Below, piece by piece: positions 49,212 to 64,000 of a DNA stretch of 64,000 nt. How positions within the stretch are numbered: position 1 is the stretch's first letter; every line of letters begins with the position of its first letter. The notes beneath the pieces are model-generated. The model was not told the origin of the DNA. It was given only the letters and a program-made list of their open reading frames with translations, and ran no database searches. The position numbers were made by a program, and so were the translations under genes. This DNA comes from Tubiluchus corallicola (lineage: Eukaryota > Animalia > Priapulida): assembly GCA_030141605.1 (NCBI GenBank), contig JAQGDQ010000057.1:558001-622000 (forward strand). The letters are read 5' to 3'.

Positions 49212-52200
49212 GAGATAACGACGGCGACGATCATGATGAATTGATGATAATAATGACAACAAAGATAATGATTGATATAGTCACACTGGCATGTATTCAC
49301 TTTACAAAGCACTATATCTGATTTAGCCTGTACATTAAATTACCATGTGAGTCAAATTTTATATAGTAAATGTATCAGACAAGAATAGGTGATTGGGTTG
49401 TCACAATGCCAGTATTTCGTAACGTTAACATTGTGCGGAGTGAGGCAAGTCTAGGCCATAACACTAAGTCTTGAAGCCAATGAAAGAGCGTACAAGTGGG
49501 AAGGCTGCATTATGAAAAGGATCATGAGCACACCACAAATGTTCGAAATTATACAAAACGTCCTGTTAAAGTTTGGACTGATTTTCAGTGTGTTAAATAT
49601 TCGTGGACAAGCCTAACAAAGAATAGATAATCCCATACAGCGACCCTAAATTAGAATATTTCGCGGCCCTGGATCAGCCTCTAAAGTAAAGCCTTTCATC
49701 CTTCACAAGTGTTATTACTGCGCAACTAATGCGCTATCTGGGACTACTGGGGTAAAACTTTACGTTCACCCTCTGCGTACACTGGATTCCCTGATCATCC
49801 AAATAACTCACAGACGCCCCGTTTCCTGACCATACCTCCCTGACATCGCCACGTATAGGATTGCTAAATAATGTATAGTCGCTTTTAGTAACTAAATTCA
49901 GATGAGTGAAGTAAAAAACACACGTTAAAAACCATTTACTCTGAAAGGTTAACAGCCTTAATATCATACAGTAGCGTTTTTAACACAAGCAGTAAGTTGT
50001 AAAGCTAAAAGATATAACAAGCAAGGATTGGATACATTTAAATTTCATGTTTGGCGTGAATAACGCACCTGCGTCACGCCGCGTGAATAAATCGCGTGAC
50101 GCGTGAAATTTAAAAGCGTGCGCGATTGTAAAAGCGTTTGATGATCACTCAAACGTAACAAGAGGTGTAAAACGTTAAATTTATTTATAAATAAAGCATT
50201 AGCTGCGGATGGACGGCTCTGTAAAGTAGAAGGTCAATTTTCACAATGAACCAATAAATATCTAATAGCAACGGATTTTAAACTATTGAAACAAGTGGAT
50301 TTTATTCAGTCTGGTGAGATGAATGCACTAGTCAGCAATGCCTTTCAGACATTCGGAAAACATCTATAAGCCGATATTTTGCCGTGTAGAGTTAAAACAG
50401 GCAGCCAACGGTAGATTGAAACGGAGACTTCTAAATAAATCTGTCACTCTTAACACTTTTCTTCTGTTGTTGCTGTCATGACGGTGTTGCGTGGCAACTA
50501 CAAGCAAAGCCTGGTCAGCATGTTCAACTGAACAAAGTCAACAAATGCATTCCAATATTTCTAATATTAAATGTAGGATAAATACTAATACTAGTTTGAG
50601 TGTTACTGCTTAAAGCAAATGATATCATATTAGTATATGAATTCTATTTCTCTGGACATGTATTCATTTCATTTCTTCACCTTTTAACTGTAGCCTTTTA
50701 CCTCAAGTTGCCGCTGGCCTTGTATGACGCAATCTGTATAAAAAAACATACAGGCACCACCAGTACCCTACATGGAACCGCAAACATTATAAGAATGCAC
50801 CACCCTCATAAAGCGGCAAAACGCATCTCATGACGAGCAACACCATCATACAATCAGGAACTGCAGCACTCGCAACACAACAGCAAACCATAACAGTCTT
50901 TTCTAGGCATGTCCACAGCAGAAATTTTCATCAAATTTAAATCACAGCAGTCATATCAACGTCAAGTGTCATTCCCACTGATGGTGTTTGACACTTTGCT
51001 AATAACCAGTCCCGTAAAATCATCCTGTGAAATCCCTATAACAACTGCAAGAGCAACGAGAAAGCAGCAGAGATGTGCGGAAATTAAATCTTAAAGCGGC
51101 GGAGCCTGCGCGACACCCCCCCCCGTCGTCCACTCTAAAATAATAGTGCAAGCAAGAACTGGACATAAGTATGACAAAAAGAAGTGAAAAAAGCGCTTAA
51201 GTGATTGCAATGCGTTGCGAATACATTAACAGTCGGCAGATGGCACTAGCATCGCCGCTTCTAAAACGAGACAATGTACTAGCTCATGCATGGAACCAGA
51301 AATACGCATTTGTATGCGGTTTAGAACTGACCAAAGTACAATAGCTAAGTGGTCAATGTGTATGGCTACCGACTAACTTAAGCAACCAATTTTGTTTATC
51401 AAATGGAAGGGGAACATCAAGAAAATGTCTCTGGGCGGTTATACCTGCCACAGTTTACATTGATGAGAAGGAATGGATAGTTTGTATACATATCTGAACA
51501 CGGTTAAGCTAACTCTGTCGTTGCAGTTAAAAAACTTTCATTAATTAATAATGAACAATATCTAGTCCTGCCATCTAGATTATATTTGCATTAATTAGCC
51601 TTGCTGGCTCAAAAAGCAGCAATCCAGTAACGTGCATGTCCACCATTCTTGCTGCATGTGGATTGTGTGGAGAGTGGAGACTTCTTTTAGCCAAAAACAC
51701 GTATATTCCCATATTTAAACCGTGTAATAAAAATTGCTTATAAACTACACGCTCAATACGCCAAGCAAGGTAAGCTTTTAAATTTGCCATTGTAGGATTG
51801 GATGCATACAAGTACAAACAAATTACAAACACATGTTTAGGTCACAAATAAGAAGTTCCGAAAAACAACTTATTTATATATTCTGTTGTTTCCAGCCTTC
51901 ATAATTTAACGTGGTAAAGAGCTGGAAGAATATATGGTAAATAACAAAAGATTTTTTCTAAGGGCTTGGGTAAATTGCATCAGATTGGGAGAAGAAAGCA
52001 AACAAAGTACAAAATGCAATATCATTAATTAATACTTGTATTGGCCGAAAACCAGAAAAATTAAGTAAATCTAAGCCTTAGATAATTAACTAATAACAAT
52101 TTTAGGTTTATTTGCAAAATCTCTTAGTGGTCGAGCCAACAGGCAGGCAACTTGAAGACAGCACGCAAGGAGAATAAAATGATAGTGATTTGGAAGCAAT

Positions 52201-53918
52201 TTGTATCTATTTTCACACTGGGATGGTGTCAAATGTTAATTGGCACGCTAAACTTTCATTGCAGGGAGAGGTGTGATAGCTCTAGTGACCAAATTATCTG
52301 ATATTTGAGGATATTAATTGCTGAAGACGCACCATAAAGTTGTTATAGCATCACTGAAGGCAAGGTGACATGCGATTCAATTAAGGTGTACTTTCAAATA
52401 GATCACGTATGCTAGACATTTAAAATCAGAAACTGGATATAAATCATCAGTCTGCTGCAACTATTCTGTGTAAATTTTTAGCTTTATGTAACTACAGTTA
52501 ACAACAAGTATTGATTAATTAATTAATTAACTGATTGATTATAATTTTATGTCGGATAAAAAAAGTCCATATAAAATACAATACACAAAAACGGTGAAAT
52601 TAAAATTGCTTAAGTAAAGTATAATTGCTAAAAATAATGATTAAATTAATAGTATGGTGTACTACAACTATTATAGGATACTACACAATTTAAAAATCTA
52701 CGAATGAAAAATGCAATTTTGTTAACTTGTATGCTTAATATACTTGACGGAACAAAATCTGGCATCTCAGCTGATTTGAAATTTCAAAATATTAGCGTTT
52801 TAATAGCAGTAATTAGCTGATCAGCTGTACGTTTCCAGAATTCAACCCTTTAATTGCAGAGAAGCAACAGAAGGCGTTTCCACGATAGTATAACTGGTAA
52901 ATGGCACATCCTTCAATACCCAAAACATAAGTATACAATAGGTCCATCTCTGACATGCCTACATATGATGAAAAATATCTATACAGGATTTGTAGAAAAA
53001 TGCGACAAGGTGACTGAAAACGTTCTTGATATGACGTTTAATAATAAAAATCGAAATGTATGATGTATTACAGTCTTCAGAAGACACAATAATGAACTGT
53101 CTCGATGATTTCAACAAGTGGTACCATCTTAAAATGGTATAATGAAGTCATTCACGACACTGAATATTAAAAACGAAAATTTTATTAAGTTTGTGAAGTT
53201 AAATGACGTTAACTTTATTATTTTCGAACTGTTACAGTAAATGAACAAGTTTGCTACATGATTTCGAATCCCGGCCTGGTAAGTTCATAAAAGTGCAATA
53301 AATTATTGATAATGCAAGTGGCCAATCGCTGAGTGAGTCAGACAAATGTACCCAATCACCTGTTGAATAAGAGAGCTAATAAACAACATGAATCAAATTC
53401 TTCCTAGCTGCCCGAAAGAGTTGCTTGCTTATTATACGTAAAAAGCGTCTCCATTCCAATAAAGCATGCGCCGTTAAAGACGCGATGCAAACCTGATTAA
53501 ACGTCTGAAGAGGGGTAAATTAAGTTAAGGGCGAGAAGAGAGAGAATAAATCATGGCAGCTCACTGCTCGTTAACTCAATTAGTATTCTGGGTAATTTAT
53601 CAGTACACACACAACCGCCGGCCATTAATAACAATTAATGCTAGATCCAAGTCGGTGAACGAGGGAAGCGGAGAGACATTAATGTGAAGCCGGCGCAAAA
53701 ACGTGCCCACGTAAAGCGGACTAGCCAATTAAAATGGCTCAATATCGTCACGTGCTATAGTAATTCAAGGTACGATAAATTTTAAACCATGTACAAGAAA
53801 GTAGACAGGAAAAAACGATACGCATGTGTCAAGTGTAACCAAGCTGCTCTTAAGAACTGCCTGTTGACAATACTCTTTCTTCGGCGCTGGTAAACTTTCA
53901 TAAGTGTAGAGAAAACAA

Positions 53919-54029
53919 ACTACATCATGTGACAAGTAATGATGTGCAACAATACTACATCATGTGACAAGCAATGATGTGCAACAATACTACATCATGT
54001 GACAAGCAATGATGTGCAACAATACTACA
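53919..54029. repeat. 35-bp tandem repeat, ~3 copies
   Basis: Unit actacatcatgtgacaagcaatgatgtgcaacaat. Confidence 0.9.
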
Positions 54030-57000
54030 TTTTATCGCTGCAAAAAACTGAATTTCTGTTTTATGTGGGTTTTGTACGAATTGGTTTCAAAGCAAAATTA
54101 TTAAACAAAATCAAAGTGAATTAAATCAAAGCCCTTCTGTCAACGATCTTACAGTTATTAGTATCAATAATTCATGAACTTAACTGACTATAACTGAATA
54201 CAAGCCCGTATTCACTACATCAGTCTTTGTGACATCCTAAATGAAGTAACTGCTGCTAGTTCAGTGCGCCTCCTCCAAAATGCAGTCCAAGTGTGCAGTT
54301 TAGGAATTAATTATATCCACTGAAACTCAAACGATTTATACTCGAATCTTTTCAAGAAAACAAAAACGGTATACTACTGCTAAGAAATTTGCTTTGTCTA
54401 GCAGTGTCTTGTAAAGTTACTAATGTTAAGGGTGCTGCCTTCCAGGACCGATATGACAGTCTTTCAATAAAAGACCGCAGCTCCAACTGGGCAACTTCAC
54501 TAAATCTGTGGCCTGCGAACTATCGCCAACGCTTACTGCTATACTTTCAAAGAGGCTGACGTCGCAAATTGAATTACGTTCGTTAATCGCGCTGGCGACG
54601 ATGGTAAAGCATGTAGTGTTACACGAACGTATCCCGGGAGCACAGTAATAAACAATGCACAGAGCATAAAAGAAATGTGTCCCTTCTGACGCTTAAGTCA
54701 GAGTGATGGCTCAATTCACCAAGAACCTGCTGGTTCCTGAAAAACTGCAAATGGACGGGCAGAGACATGAAGCATTTAACAGGATTATGCAAAAGCAGAT
54801 GAAAGCAACGCATATGAGGCCATTCAGAAAGCAAAAATATTGCTGTATACACTATCATTTTTGTGTGCCAACAATGTAGTGCAATGTGTTCCTCCTTAAA
54901 GCTTCGGCAGGAATATTCAAGAAGTCCATATAACATGTTGCTCAGCCTCCGACTTTCCGGACAGGTTCTTACCGCAACAACCATTGCAATCGCTTAAGAG
55001 CAAAAGTTTAATTTCTAGCACATGACAACATAATCCTCATACTCAAAAATAATTACCACATTTCGTTCTGAAAAACCGTTCAGACATTGCACGCATTAAT
55101 TGGCGCTAGAAAATAGATTAATCTGAGATTATCAGGGCAGTTAACAAGATCAAATATTATTACTTTGCTGGAAATTTCGCACAGTCACCATCAGCAAACC
55201 TATTATTTTGCAGCTTAGTTCGGTGGCCTCAAATTTCTAATTACATTTACTGAAAAAACGACAATTCCCGAGGTGGGATGTTTAATGAACTTCAGTCAAC
55301 GTTCAATAATCACGAACATGCAATGCAATAAATACTTATATACTTATATAAGTGCCTAAGGAAGAACAGCATAAATATAATTTCTAAGTAGTATGATAAT
55401 TACAATGGTAAAACAATAAACAATGTCAGACCTGACACGATTGGACAATGTTTGGACACGATTGCGTATTGCTCCAAAAAGTTCCATTATGTGGAAGAAA
55501 TTTACTTCACCGAGTAACATGTCTTTCGCGAGCAGGTTTTATCGTTATAATGAGCTGACAGCATAAAAGAGTCCGGACAATTTATAATGGAAAATGGATA
55601 AATTATAAAAGTGAGCATGTTTACTTGTACGCGGCAGCATAATGCACACCCAGTATTTTATTTACATTTCAGGACACACTCGGTTATACAGGAAACAAGA
55701 CTTAGTAATTACTATAGGCACTGAATCAGTCAGCTGGGACGTCAGCAAGTGTCTGCAACTTCAAAGCCGCTAAAACGTGTTAGTCCTAATCAATTTAGGG
55801 ATCCGGCAGGACCCAGAAGGAAACAGCAAATATTAGAAAACACCTACCAACACTGCATATAAGAAGAACAAGTGTCACACAGGGAGGTCTCAACCCGATC
55901 AAAGACCATTACCATATTTATGGCTTCTTCACAGAGATAAATCCCTCGAGCTTCAGCACAGAAGAGAGCCTATACAGTATTCAAGATAGTTTCGTTCAAA
56001 GCACTTATTCACAAACTACCAGTAACAGGGACAAATTAGTTCCTTTACAGTAGTGTTTAGTACGCAGAACCAATTTATCTTCTTGATCTCCAGTTTCAAA
56101 CACCAAAATTGTTGTTACTCTCCACAGTCGAAAAACAGTTAATCAGAATCAGGAAGAGATACCCAGACAGCAAGGACTATAAAGAAGAGACCCAAGATAT
56201 GATAAGAAAAAGTAAAAAACAGCTTTTACTGCCCAGTTATTGCAGACGCTATCAAAGAGGATATAATAAAGAAGAAAAAGCTATTATAGTGCAGCTCTGT
56301 AACACGCACGTAGATAACCAGTGATAACAGAATGCAAATAAAACTGTGAAAGTTGAGTACCGTTACTAAAAACTGAGAAATACTAGTCACCTAAGGCTGT
56401 CTATCTGCGACACAATCTATCCGCTATAATGTGTGACAGTACAGGTAAGGAAAATCGAATTTACAGAGAAGACTGACAGATGGACAGGCAAATCAGAGAA
56501 AGATTTGCTCAGTGAGCACTAAAAAATTCATATCAGTAATACGATGGGCTACAATGTATAAATACAAAACACCTTGTATGGCTATTAAGCACTTAAGCAA
56601 CAATTAAGCATCAGGTCTCTTCAAAAGAAACAAAAAAAACGCACTTCCGGGAGGCATGGAAGCCAAACGCCTCCTTACTTAACTGATCAATGCACCGGAC
56701 GAGTATTCATTATATTTACTATAGCTTCATTTTCAGGCTTCAGCTCTGACTAAGCAGCTTACTGGCCAGTTGAGTAGTCATTCCCCAGTGACAGTGTTTG
56801 CACACACAGACACACACTTTATCATGCAGATTAAACTGGACACGGTTTTAGTGATGCAGTCCACTAATGAAGACCCTGCTCGGCCGCTCACTAGCAGAAT
56901 ATTGACATGGAAATGCAGTTGAGGCTGAAATGTTCTGTCAAGAGAACGTACAATGGTTACCTACCCTGGTACAATAAGTCTTGTACGGTAAAGTTCTGGC

Positions 57001-57599
57001 TAAAAGTAACTAACGGACAACATCAATTGCTTTTCTGTAACTTGCTGTGCACTGTGAACCTCTAATTAGTAGGTTTTGCATTTTGATTTACAAACTAACT
57101 GTAGAAAGCAAATAAAAAGCAAATAGAGGCATTCGACTACTTTTTATTTAGTCATAGTTTTCGTACCTTGATATTAGCACATTTAGAGATTTATTTTACT
57201 GATATTCCTTGTTTTGATAATCATAATTTTTCTGTTAACCACGAGACTGGATTTTAAAAATTTTAGGCACAGATGAGCAAGCCATTAAATTTTGTCGATT
57301 TCTCGATTTCATGGAAAAGATTTACCAAAAAACCAGTAATTGGAGTTTCTTTTTAAAAAACAACGATTCGGTTGCACTTAAAAAGCGATAAAATACGAAT
57401 GTGGAACCAGAAAAATAGAATTATTACAATTAGTTTGCTAGTGATAGAGAAAGTTACCGTTTGCTATTGCGATTATGGTATAACACCACAGCATACTGTC
57501 ATTATATTACTGTTTGTTGACGAAACATTATACAATACAATGTACATAAAAAATCACACAACATACAAAGCATCCCAACACTTGGGTATAATCGTCATA

Positions 57600-58130
57600 A
57601 TTATTGAGACAGTTAAAAGAAACAATGGAGGTTAAACGGTAAACAATATTTGCACGTTTACTGCAAATATGATACCGCAAAGGTAATATAATTACAGTAA
57701 TGTGCTTTTGCTATTAATTTCATTGACATGAGAAAACAGGCTATGTCTTAAATCATTATAATAGTTACTTTCAAGAATTAAATGCTTTTCATCATCAGTT
57801 TTTTTTATCTTTACAAAAGTGGCATAGTCTGCTGTTAAGAAGAATTTCATGTTTGGTGTGTCGGCTTTTCTCAATAAGGAGGTTGTGTGAACTTTGTAAA
57901 GTTTGCTCTTTGAACGGGATTTTTTTATTAGCAATAGGTATTTTTCTTCTATGAACTCGCTTTTAAACGTGGAATAAGTTCGTAATTTATTCTCTTCGTT
58001 AACGTTTTTACCAGTTTCTTTGCATAATTTGCTTCCAGTAATTTGCATAACTGGTTTGCAGTTTTGATTTCAGTAATTTAATAAATTGTTTGGGCCTAAT
58101 GGACTCTGTATTTTGAGCCTCCGAAATATG
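57600..58130 (-). mobile_element. LINE ORF2 C-terminal remnant
   Basis: KLRTYSTFKSEFIEEKYL and DDEKHLILES..Y.DLR match the KLRTY..FK...E.YL and EDE.HF.L.C..Y..LR motifs of non-LTR retrotransposon tails; frameshifted. Confidence 0.65.
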
Positions 58131-61100
58131 TAATACTGTTATCTATGCATGATTGGTGTTTGTGGAACATGCCTTGGTGCCAGGTCTAAAAGATATTTTC
58201 GAGTTCAACGTAAAACTCTTCTATCTGTTCTGTAATGTTCTATCTGTACCGCTAATTGAAACATTGTTCTGAATGTAGCAATTGCGAAAACAACATTCAA
58301 TGTGCCGCAAGTTTTGTTGACGATATTATAAGAAAATAACGAAATCAAATGAAAATTTACACAGTGATGTAAGGGCACTTATGTATAAACACCAAAATGT
58401 TATTCCCTTAGATTTTTCTAAAGATGCAAAAATTTTAAAACAACAAATAAAAAAAACAAATGTACTAGTTGAACTAGTAAGGGCGGCCTGGTTCTAGTGT
58501 TGGAAGTCATATCCCAAAAACCACCCGATTTGCTTCACTCCTCTGCCAGAGCAGTCTTGCAATCACTGACAACATCAGCTGCCAGCTCTTAATTTGATCA
58601 ACTGTGGATTCATATCCAGCAACTCACCAACAAAGTCTGATAGTTTGAAATGGCATTCATGAAGTTGAGCTGAGAGCTTTTCAATACAATGCACAGAATC
58701 GATATGTTGTGTGTACATTATACATTGACGGATAGAGCCATGATAGCAATGCATGTGATACCATCATGTGCCATCATATCAGAAACTTAGACGAAAGTAA
58801 AGAACAATTATAGTATAATGTGTTTTTGTCTTCAGCGAAGCCCAAAACCTTACAGTGGGTGTCGTAGGGGTCATGAAGTGGAGGATGAGCAAAGAGAATT
58901 GTAAAATTGAGACCAAAGATCAAGGCAAGTTCTATGAAAGTCAGGTTTAAATGGCGGTGTTTGGAACTGAGTGAGAGGTAATGAAGGGTGTATTAATACA
59001 TGGTGCTGAATTGGTTCCTCAGATGAAGAACAGAGGTGAGTATATTTTGTCTTAAGTTGGAACATATGAACAACAAACATAAGCTATGAAGCTTTTACAA
59101 TCGACTGATAAAGAATACATAAAAATACAAGATAAAAGTATACCCCTAAAACATTCATCCTATAAAAAAAATCTATAGAAGTTAATTTGATGTTAAAACA
59201 AGACTTAACGTAAATTACATGGAATATACAGAAAGACAATATAGGCAAAATTTCGCATAATATTGTACATAATTACAAAAAGAACACGTACAAGCCTCAC
59301 GATTCCATGACAGTAACAGTTTCTTGGCAACTATTTAGAGTAGATATTGTAATGGAACTTTGTTAAGTGGTCAAATACCGAACAAATGGTAGTCCTAAAA
59401 CAGAACGACTTGTCTAAGTTAACCCCATAGCAGAACACCAACAAAAATGCATGTAATTGATGAAATACGCTACCATAAGTCAAACAATGCATCTAAAAGA
59501 ACTTTACAACGTAAAAGCAGTGATGAATTGGGTAACCACATTTGGAAAACAGGTAGTTCAAAATCAAAAGTCACTTTTGTGAAAATCCAAAAAGCGAGGT
59601 AAATAAAGTATGCCGACGCAGGTTGATGGAAATCAATGTGGATCTCCATTCATCTCGAGCGGCAAACAAAAGGTGAAAATGTTACCTCCTGCTGAGAACT
59701 GTTGGTAGTTAGCAGTGCAACTGCAGAGGCAGTGACGTTTTTCATTAAATCTTGCAAACAGCCCATAAAGCTGTCTAGGAATAGCCTTGCCTGGCTGAGT
59801 AAATTTACAGTGATCAAGACAGGCCGGGACAATTTGTTTTAATAAAGCTGTAAACGTTTATGGCTTCAGTGTAAAAACTGCAAGCGCTGGCTTCTTCCGC
59901 TAGATTTCTTCGAGTGGTACTAGAAAGTAAAATAACAGCTCCCCATGACGTATATCAGAGCCCTGACAAGCGGGTGCCTTTGATAGCTAGAGTGTAGAAA
60001 TGACAATAAAATGCACAGTAGAGCATAACTGCATTTGGACCCAACCAGTTGTCTGGTAGTGGACACATATACGTGCTGTTATTCTGTACTTACTTGTTGT
60101 AGCAAATACAGGGCGAGCAGTCACTGATATCGAGAATGGTCCTGTTAAGCGGTGTGCTCATCATAAAAGGTTGTGTGAAATAAAAAACAGTTCTGATAGA
60201 GATAAAACAGTTCTGATTTAGCATTTTCCAAACATATTGTTCTAAAACATAAACAAATAACAAAAAAACGCAGAACACTCTAATTAAACTGAAATTTTTT
60301 TCACTTCCTAACGAGCTATAGAAATAATATTATTTGGCAAACGGACAGCCATCTAGAGTTTCTATATTCTTCTAAAACAGGAAGTATTAGAACCAGAGAG
60401 AAGCTCAATCACTTCGACAAAACGCATGCGTGGTCGCCTTATACAGCACACATAAACCTCTAAATACCCGTGCGGCTAAAGTATGTGCGAATATGCCCTA
60501 AGATTAACGCAATAATGTCATCGTTGTAAACAAAAAGAAATATTCAACAACACAAATTCAATTTGAGTAAATAAAATGTTTGAAGGCACTTAAATCTTAC
60601 CTACAATCTTAGACCTTGAGCACACCGCGTATGTGCTTTATTTAATAAGTTTGAAATATAGCTAAGTAATTAATCACTGATCGCAGACAAAATATCGTCA
60701 AACTATTCAGTACGTACCTTCATTGCTTGACTTGCTCTGTCTACAACATCTTTAATTAGAACAACATAAATACTTCGTCACTTTATCAATACTTTGTCAC
60801 GATCAAAATGGTGCATTGTTTTACAGAGAAATTATCTTAAAACGCTTGCTCATCGCAATATACATTCGTGAAACTCGCTTAAAGTAAATATACTTGCTCC
60901 AAATTCTTCAAATTTATCAGGAATTCTTGTGGCTAAGCCTAGCATTAGTCTGGGAATAAGTTAATGTCATTTTTAACTACTTTACATTTCGACAAAAATT
61001 TATAAAAACATAAAAAAAGAATGGAAAATTGGCCGGAATTTATTAACAGGTAGGTTTTTCGCAGTGCAGTGTGCTGCTTCCAATGATAGTGCTGACGACA

Positions 61101-63914
61101 GTCGTTGATCACTGAACTAGGTGCTTGTTTTTTCTTATCTCACAGCAAGATTTCTTTTACATTTATTAAAACTATGTCTACCCTATGTGCGTACACTACA
61201 GTACCTACAACAGACGTAAGGGGCACACTACAACAATATTCAAAAGTAACTTGTAAAAGCCCTTATAGGCATCTTAAAGATCATGATGTCTGAGGACTCA
61301 GCGCGATGACTAAGCTTATGTGTAAGAATTGATGCGCGCAGTAAAATCAATGTCGCTTTTAGATGTCTAAATACCAACTGTAAATAGAATTTGTTTGTCT
61401 AAAATTGCCTAAAATCGATTGTTGATCGCGATCAAGTTCAGTGACGTACAGTATTGTACTTTTGTTATGCCACTGAGAATCTTACGATTAAATTTTAAGG
61501 TTGGTTTAGAAACTGGCCATCAGTGAATTTTTCTTTTTGTACAAAACTACAAAAGATGATAGAAATTTGACCGACCCGTTTTTAGGGTAAATCTTCAAAC
61601 TGTTACGAGCCTCTCTGTTATATCTGCCACGAGAAGCACATTCTGCAATGACAGACTAATTTGGCATGTAGTCTCAGCAATAAAGATACCAAAAGTTTAG
61701 CACAAACAAAGAAAATAAACGACCAGCACTGTAGAGGGAGCAGCCTCATGATCGCCAACTTTTTTCCATAGGAACATTTTTCAGCGCTATATTCGAGTCT
61801 TTCTTTTTGCAGAGGAGTGAAAAACATGACTGCATAACCCGCCTCGCGCTGATTGGCATCATCAGTATCTCGTTTAACACGTTTTGCAGTCACAGTGCTG
61901 CACTAATCAACTACTATCTCCCAGGGTGAAACTTCCTCTGCTAATGCACTGTCTCTAGCAAGCTACTTATTACTCAGCGGGTCATGAAAATCGTCCAAAT
62001 GCGAAATATGAGCCTTGCTTTAAAACAAACTACCTTCACCCACATTCTAATCCGGCCTGTCTTTGTCACCACGATAGCAATTAATAACTAACTAGCAGTT
62101 TAATTAGCGGACTTTAATTTGAGATTATTTTGCAATGAAACCAGACGGAGCAATTATCTTGCGACTTAATTTGAAGAAGAGAAGTTCTGCAAAAGGTCAC
62201 AGACTCGGCGGGAATAGTAATTACGAAAAGAGGTTTGAGTATGACATTCTGTTGACAACAACAAGCTTCTGTTGATATAAATGGTTTCCATTGTGTATTG
62301 TGCAACTAACTTAACTCCTCTAAGACTGAGAAGAGAAAATGACGAAAATCAAAACACCCAGGCAGAAAAATGATGTACAACAGTCACCGCCGTGACGATG
62401 TCAACGATAACCATCATAAAGATGCTTTTGTTTATGATGATGATGACGGCAACGACATCGACGACAACGAAGACGATGATGATGACAAGCCCTATTACTA
62501 TATTATAATTACAGTATACTATTTCTAAATTACTAATCTTACGGGAGTAATGGGATGTCCATCAGCGGGAAATAATAAAATTTTAGACATTACTTTTTAT
62601 TCTGTGCTGGCTAATAAAATTTATTTTATTTTCTAGCAACACACGTACCACTGATTTTTTTATTTAATATTTCAACCAAACAACTAAACAGAACCAATAC
62701 TTTTTGACACTTTTACTAAAAAAATCAAAGTCAGAAAACCGCACGTCGGCTGCCACATCTCACACCATTCATCAATCCAACTTACAATCCAACTACTAAT
62801 GTCAACAGCCCACTAATGTCAATAATGTGAGTGCACTTCACTTTCAACGTAGTGGCCCATGCGGTAATCCATTAAAAAGAACACGAAAAACGTTTTTACC
62901 AATAAAATTGTAGTGATGCAGATGTGTTATACGTATTGTACCTATACACTAATTACAATACCTAGTGAACATGTATCTGTCTTTAAATAAATGGCATAGC
63001 CTCTCTCTGTTTGAGGAAAATTATCTGTGGTTAACGAGCAAATGACATTGGGCTAAAATACCTAGTTGATTTTATGAGTATTTTATGTCCTTCAATACAA
63101 TAATGGCGAAATAACCCGAACGTTTTACGGAATAGTAAAACGGAAAACCTGAGTTTGTTTCCATACTTAATGTGAATTTTATAGACAATAAATCTATACA
63201 ACGATAACGTATTGCATATCGCACGGCACTTTAAAATACTGACCAACTGACTGACGGATGGCTGACTAAATTATTTTGCAAAAGCCCTTGTGTCACAAAT
63301 ATCGGTTACTTAATCTAATAATTCTACAGTTAGTTTAACTTAATTACAACTTTAGATTCCACGTAGCATTATCTCAGTTGATAATTTTCAAACTTCCACA
63401 CAACCATCGACACTAATGCAATACTTACAGTGTTAAACACACTATTCTATACATAACTTGCACAAACATGCCGCAGCAACCTAGTTTCCCCACTTTTAAT
63501 TAGTACTTACTACGTTTCCACACAATGCATTATTGATGAGAGGAGATATTTGCAGACGAGGCTGTTATTCAATGATAACATTGGCCACCAGCTGCATAGA
63601 AATAATTTATTAGGGCTGGATGTATGTGTGTTAGTATTAGCAGCGAGTAAATGGCTTCAAGGTATTCGCCTAGTTTCGAAAGGCAGCGTGGCTTCGCGTC
63701 AGGGGACCGGTGCAGACAATATTGGAAATCTTTCTTGGTGACTATAATTTATTACTTTCGCTTTTAGTTAGCAAACAAGCCGTCTAGTATTAGAATAATG
63801 AAAATCAAAAAGTACGAAGTTACGTGAATTCTAGGAAATAAAATGAGATGCTAACTCTAATAAGAGCACCTAGATGCTACCAAGGTGCCCCAATTATCTG
63901 TTTTCCAATTACAT

Positions 63915-64000
63915 GTATGCATAACCAATAGGCTAACTAAGCTACAGCCTAGGGCGCCAAAGTTTGAGAGGCGTCACATTTTAAAAAATTCTCATTCTCC
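63915..64000. mobile_element. Start of a second copy of the hAT-type MITE seen at 43428
   Basis: taaccaataggctaactaagctacagcctagggcg matches 43439-43473. Confidence 0.65.

Noticed and set aside
61830-61870. Hammerhead core CTGATGA with a possible stem II on the minus strand
   Set aside because: No GAAA after the stem. The plus-strand CTGATGA at ~14808 fails for the same reason.
60595-63530. Several GT donor-like sites on the minus strand (~60600, 60717, 63428, 63510) as possible upstream CPEB exons
   Set aside because: Adjacent frames are closed, out of phase or lack similarity to CPEB N-termini, so they cannot be supported without transcripts

Overview
AT-rich eukaryotic genomic DNA from an invertebrate animal, probably a protostome and possibly a lophotrochozoan (inferred only from repeat types and miRNA seed sites). 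It holds three spliced protein-coding genes, reconstructed by hand from GT-AG junctions and recognisable protein sequence. (1) The 5' part of Mediator subunit MED14 on the minus strand: ATG at 7932, 8 coding exons, continuing off the left edge. (2) A complete three-exon RNF139/TRC8 membrane RING-H2 E3 ligase on the plus strand (10746-17513, 618 aa), head-to-head with MED14. (3) The 3' part of a CPEB2/3/4 (Orb2-type) RNA-binding protein gene on the minus strand (RRM1-RRM2-ZZ exons 33194-24432), with an inferred ~4.8 kb 3'UTR and very large 5' introns that run off the right edge. The best find is an isolated 24-nt exon at 47787-47810 (-) encoding ARTYGRRR, the same peptide as the vertebrate neuronal CPEB4 microexon, with a UGC/UGCAUG-containing 3' splice site. 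The introns also hold MITEs, two tRNA-derived SINEs, LINE fragments, satellites, a ~380-nt fold-back palindrome, tandem copies of an exon/donor junction, and a stem-loop resembling the mammalian CPEB3 ribozyme but antisense and non-canonical. No CRISPR array, rRNA or bona fide tRNA gene was seen.
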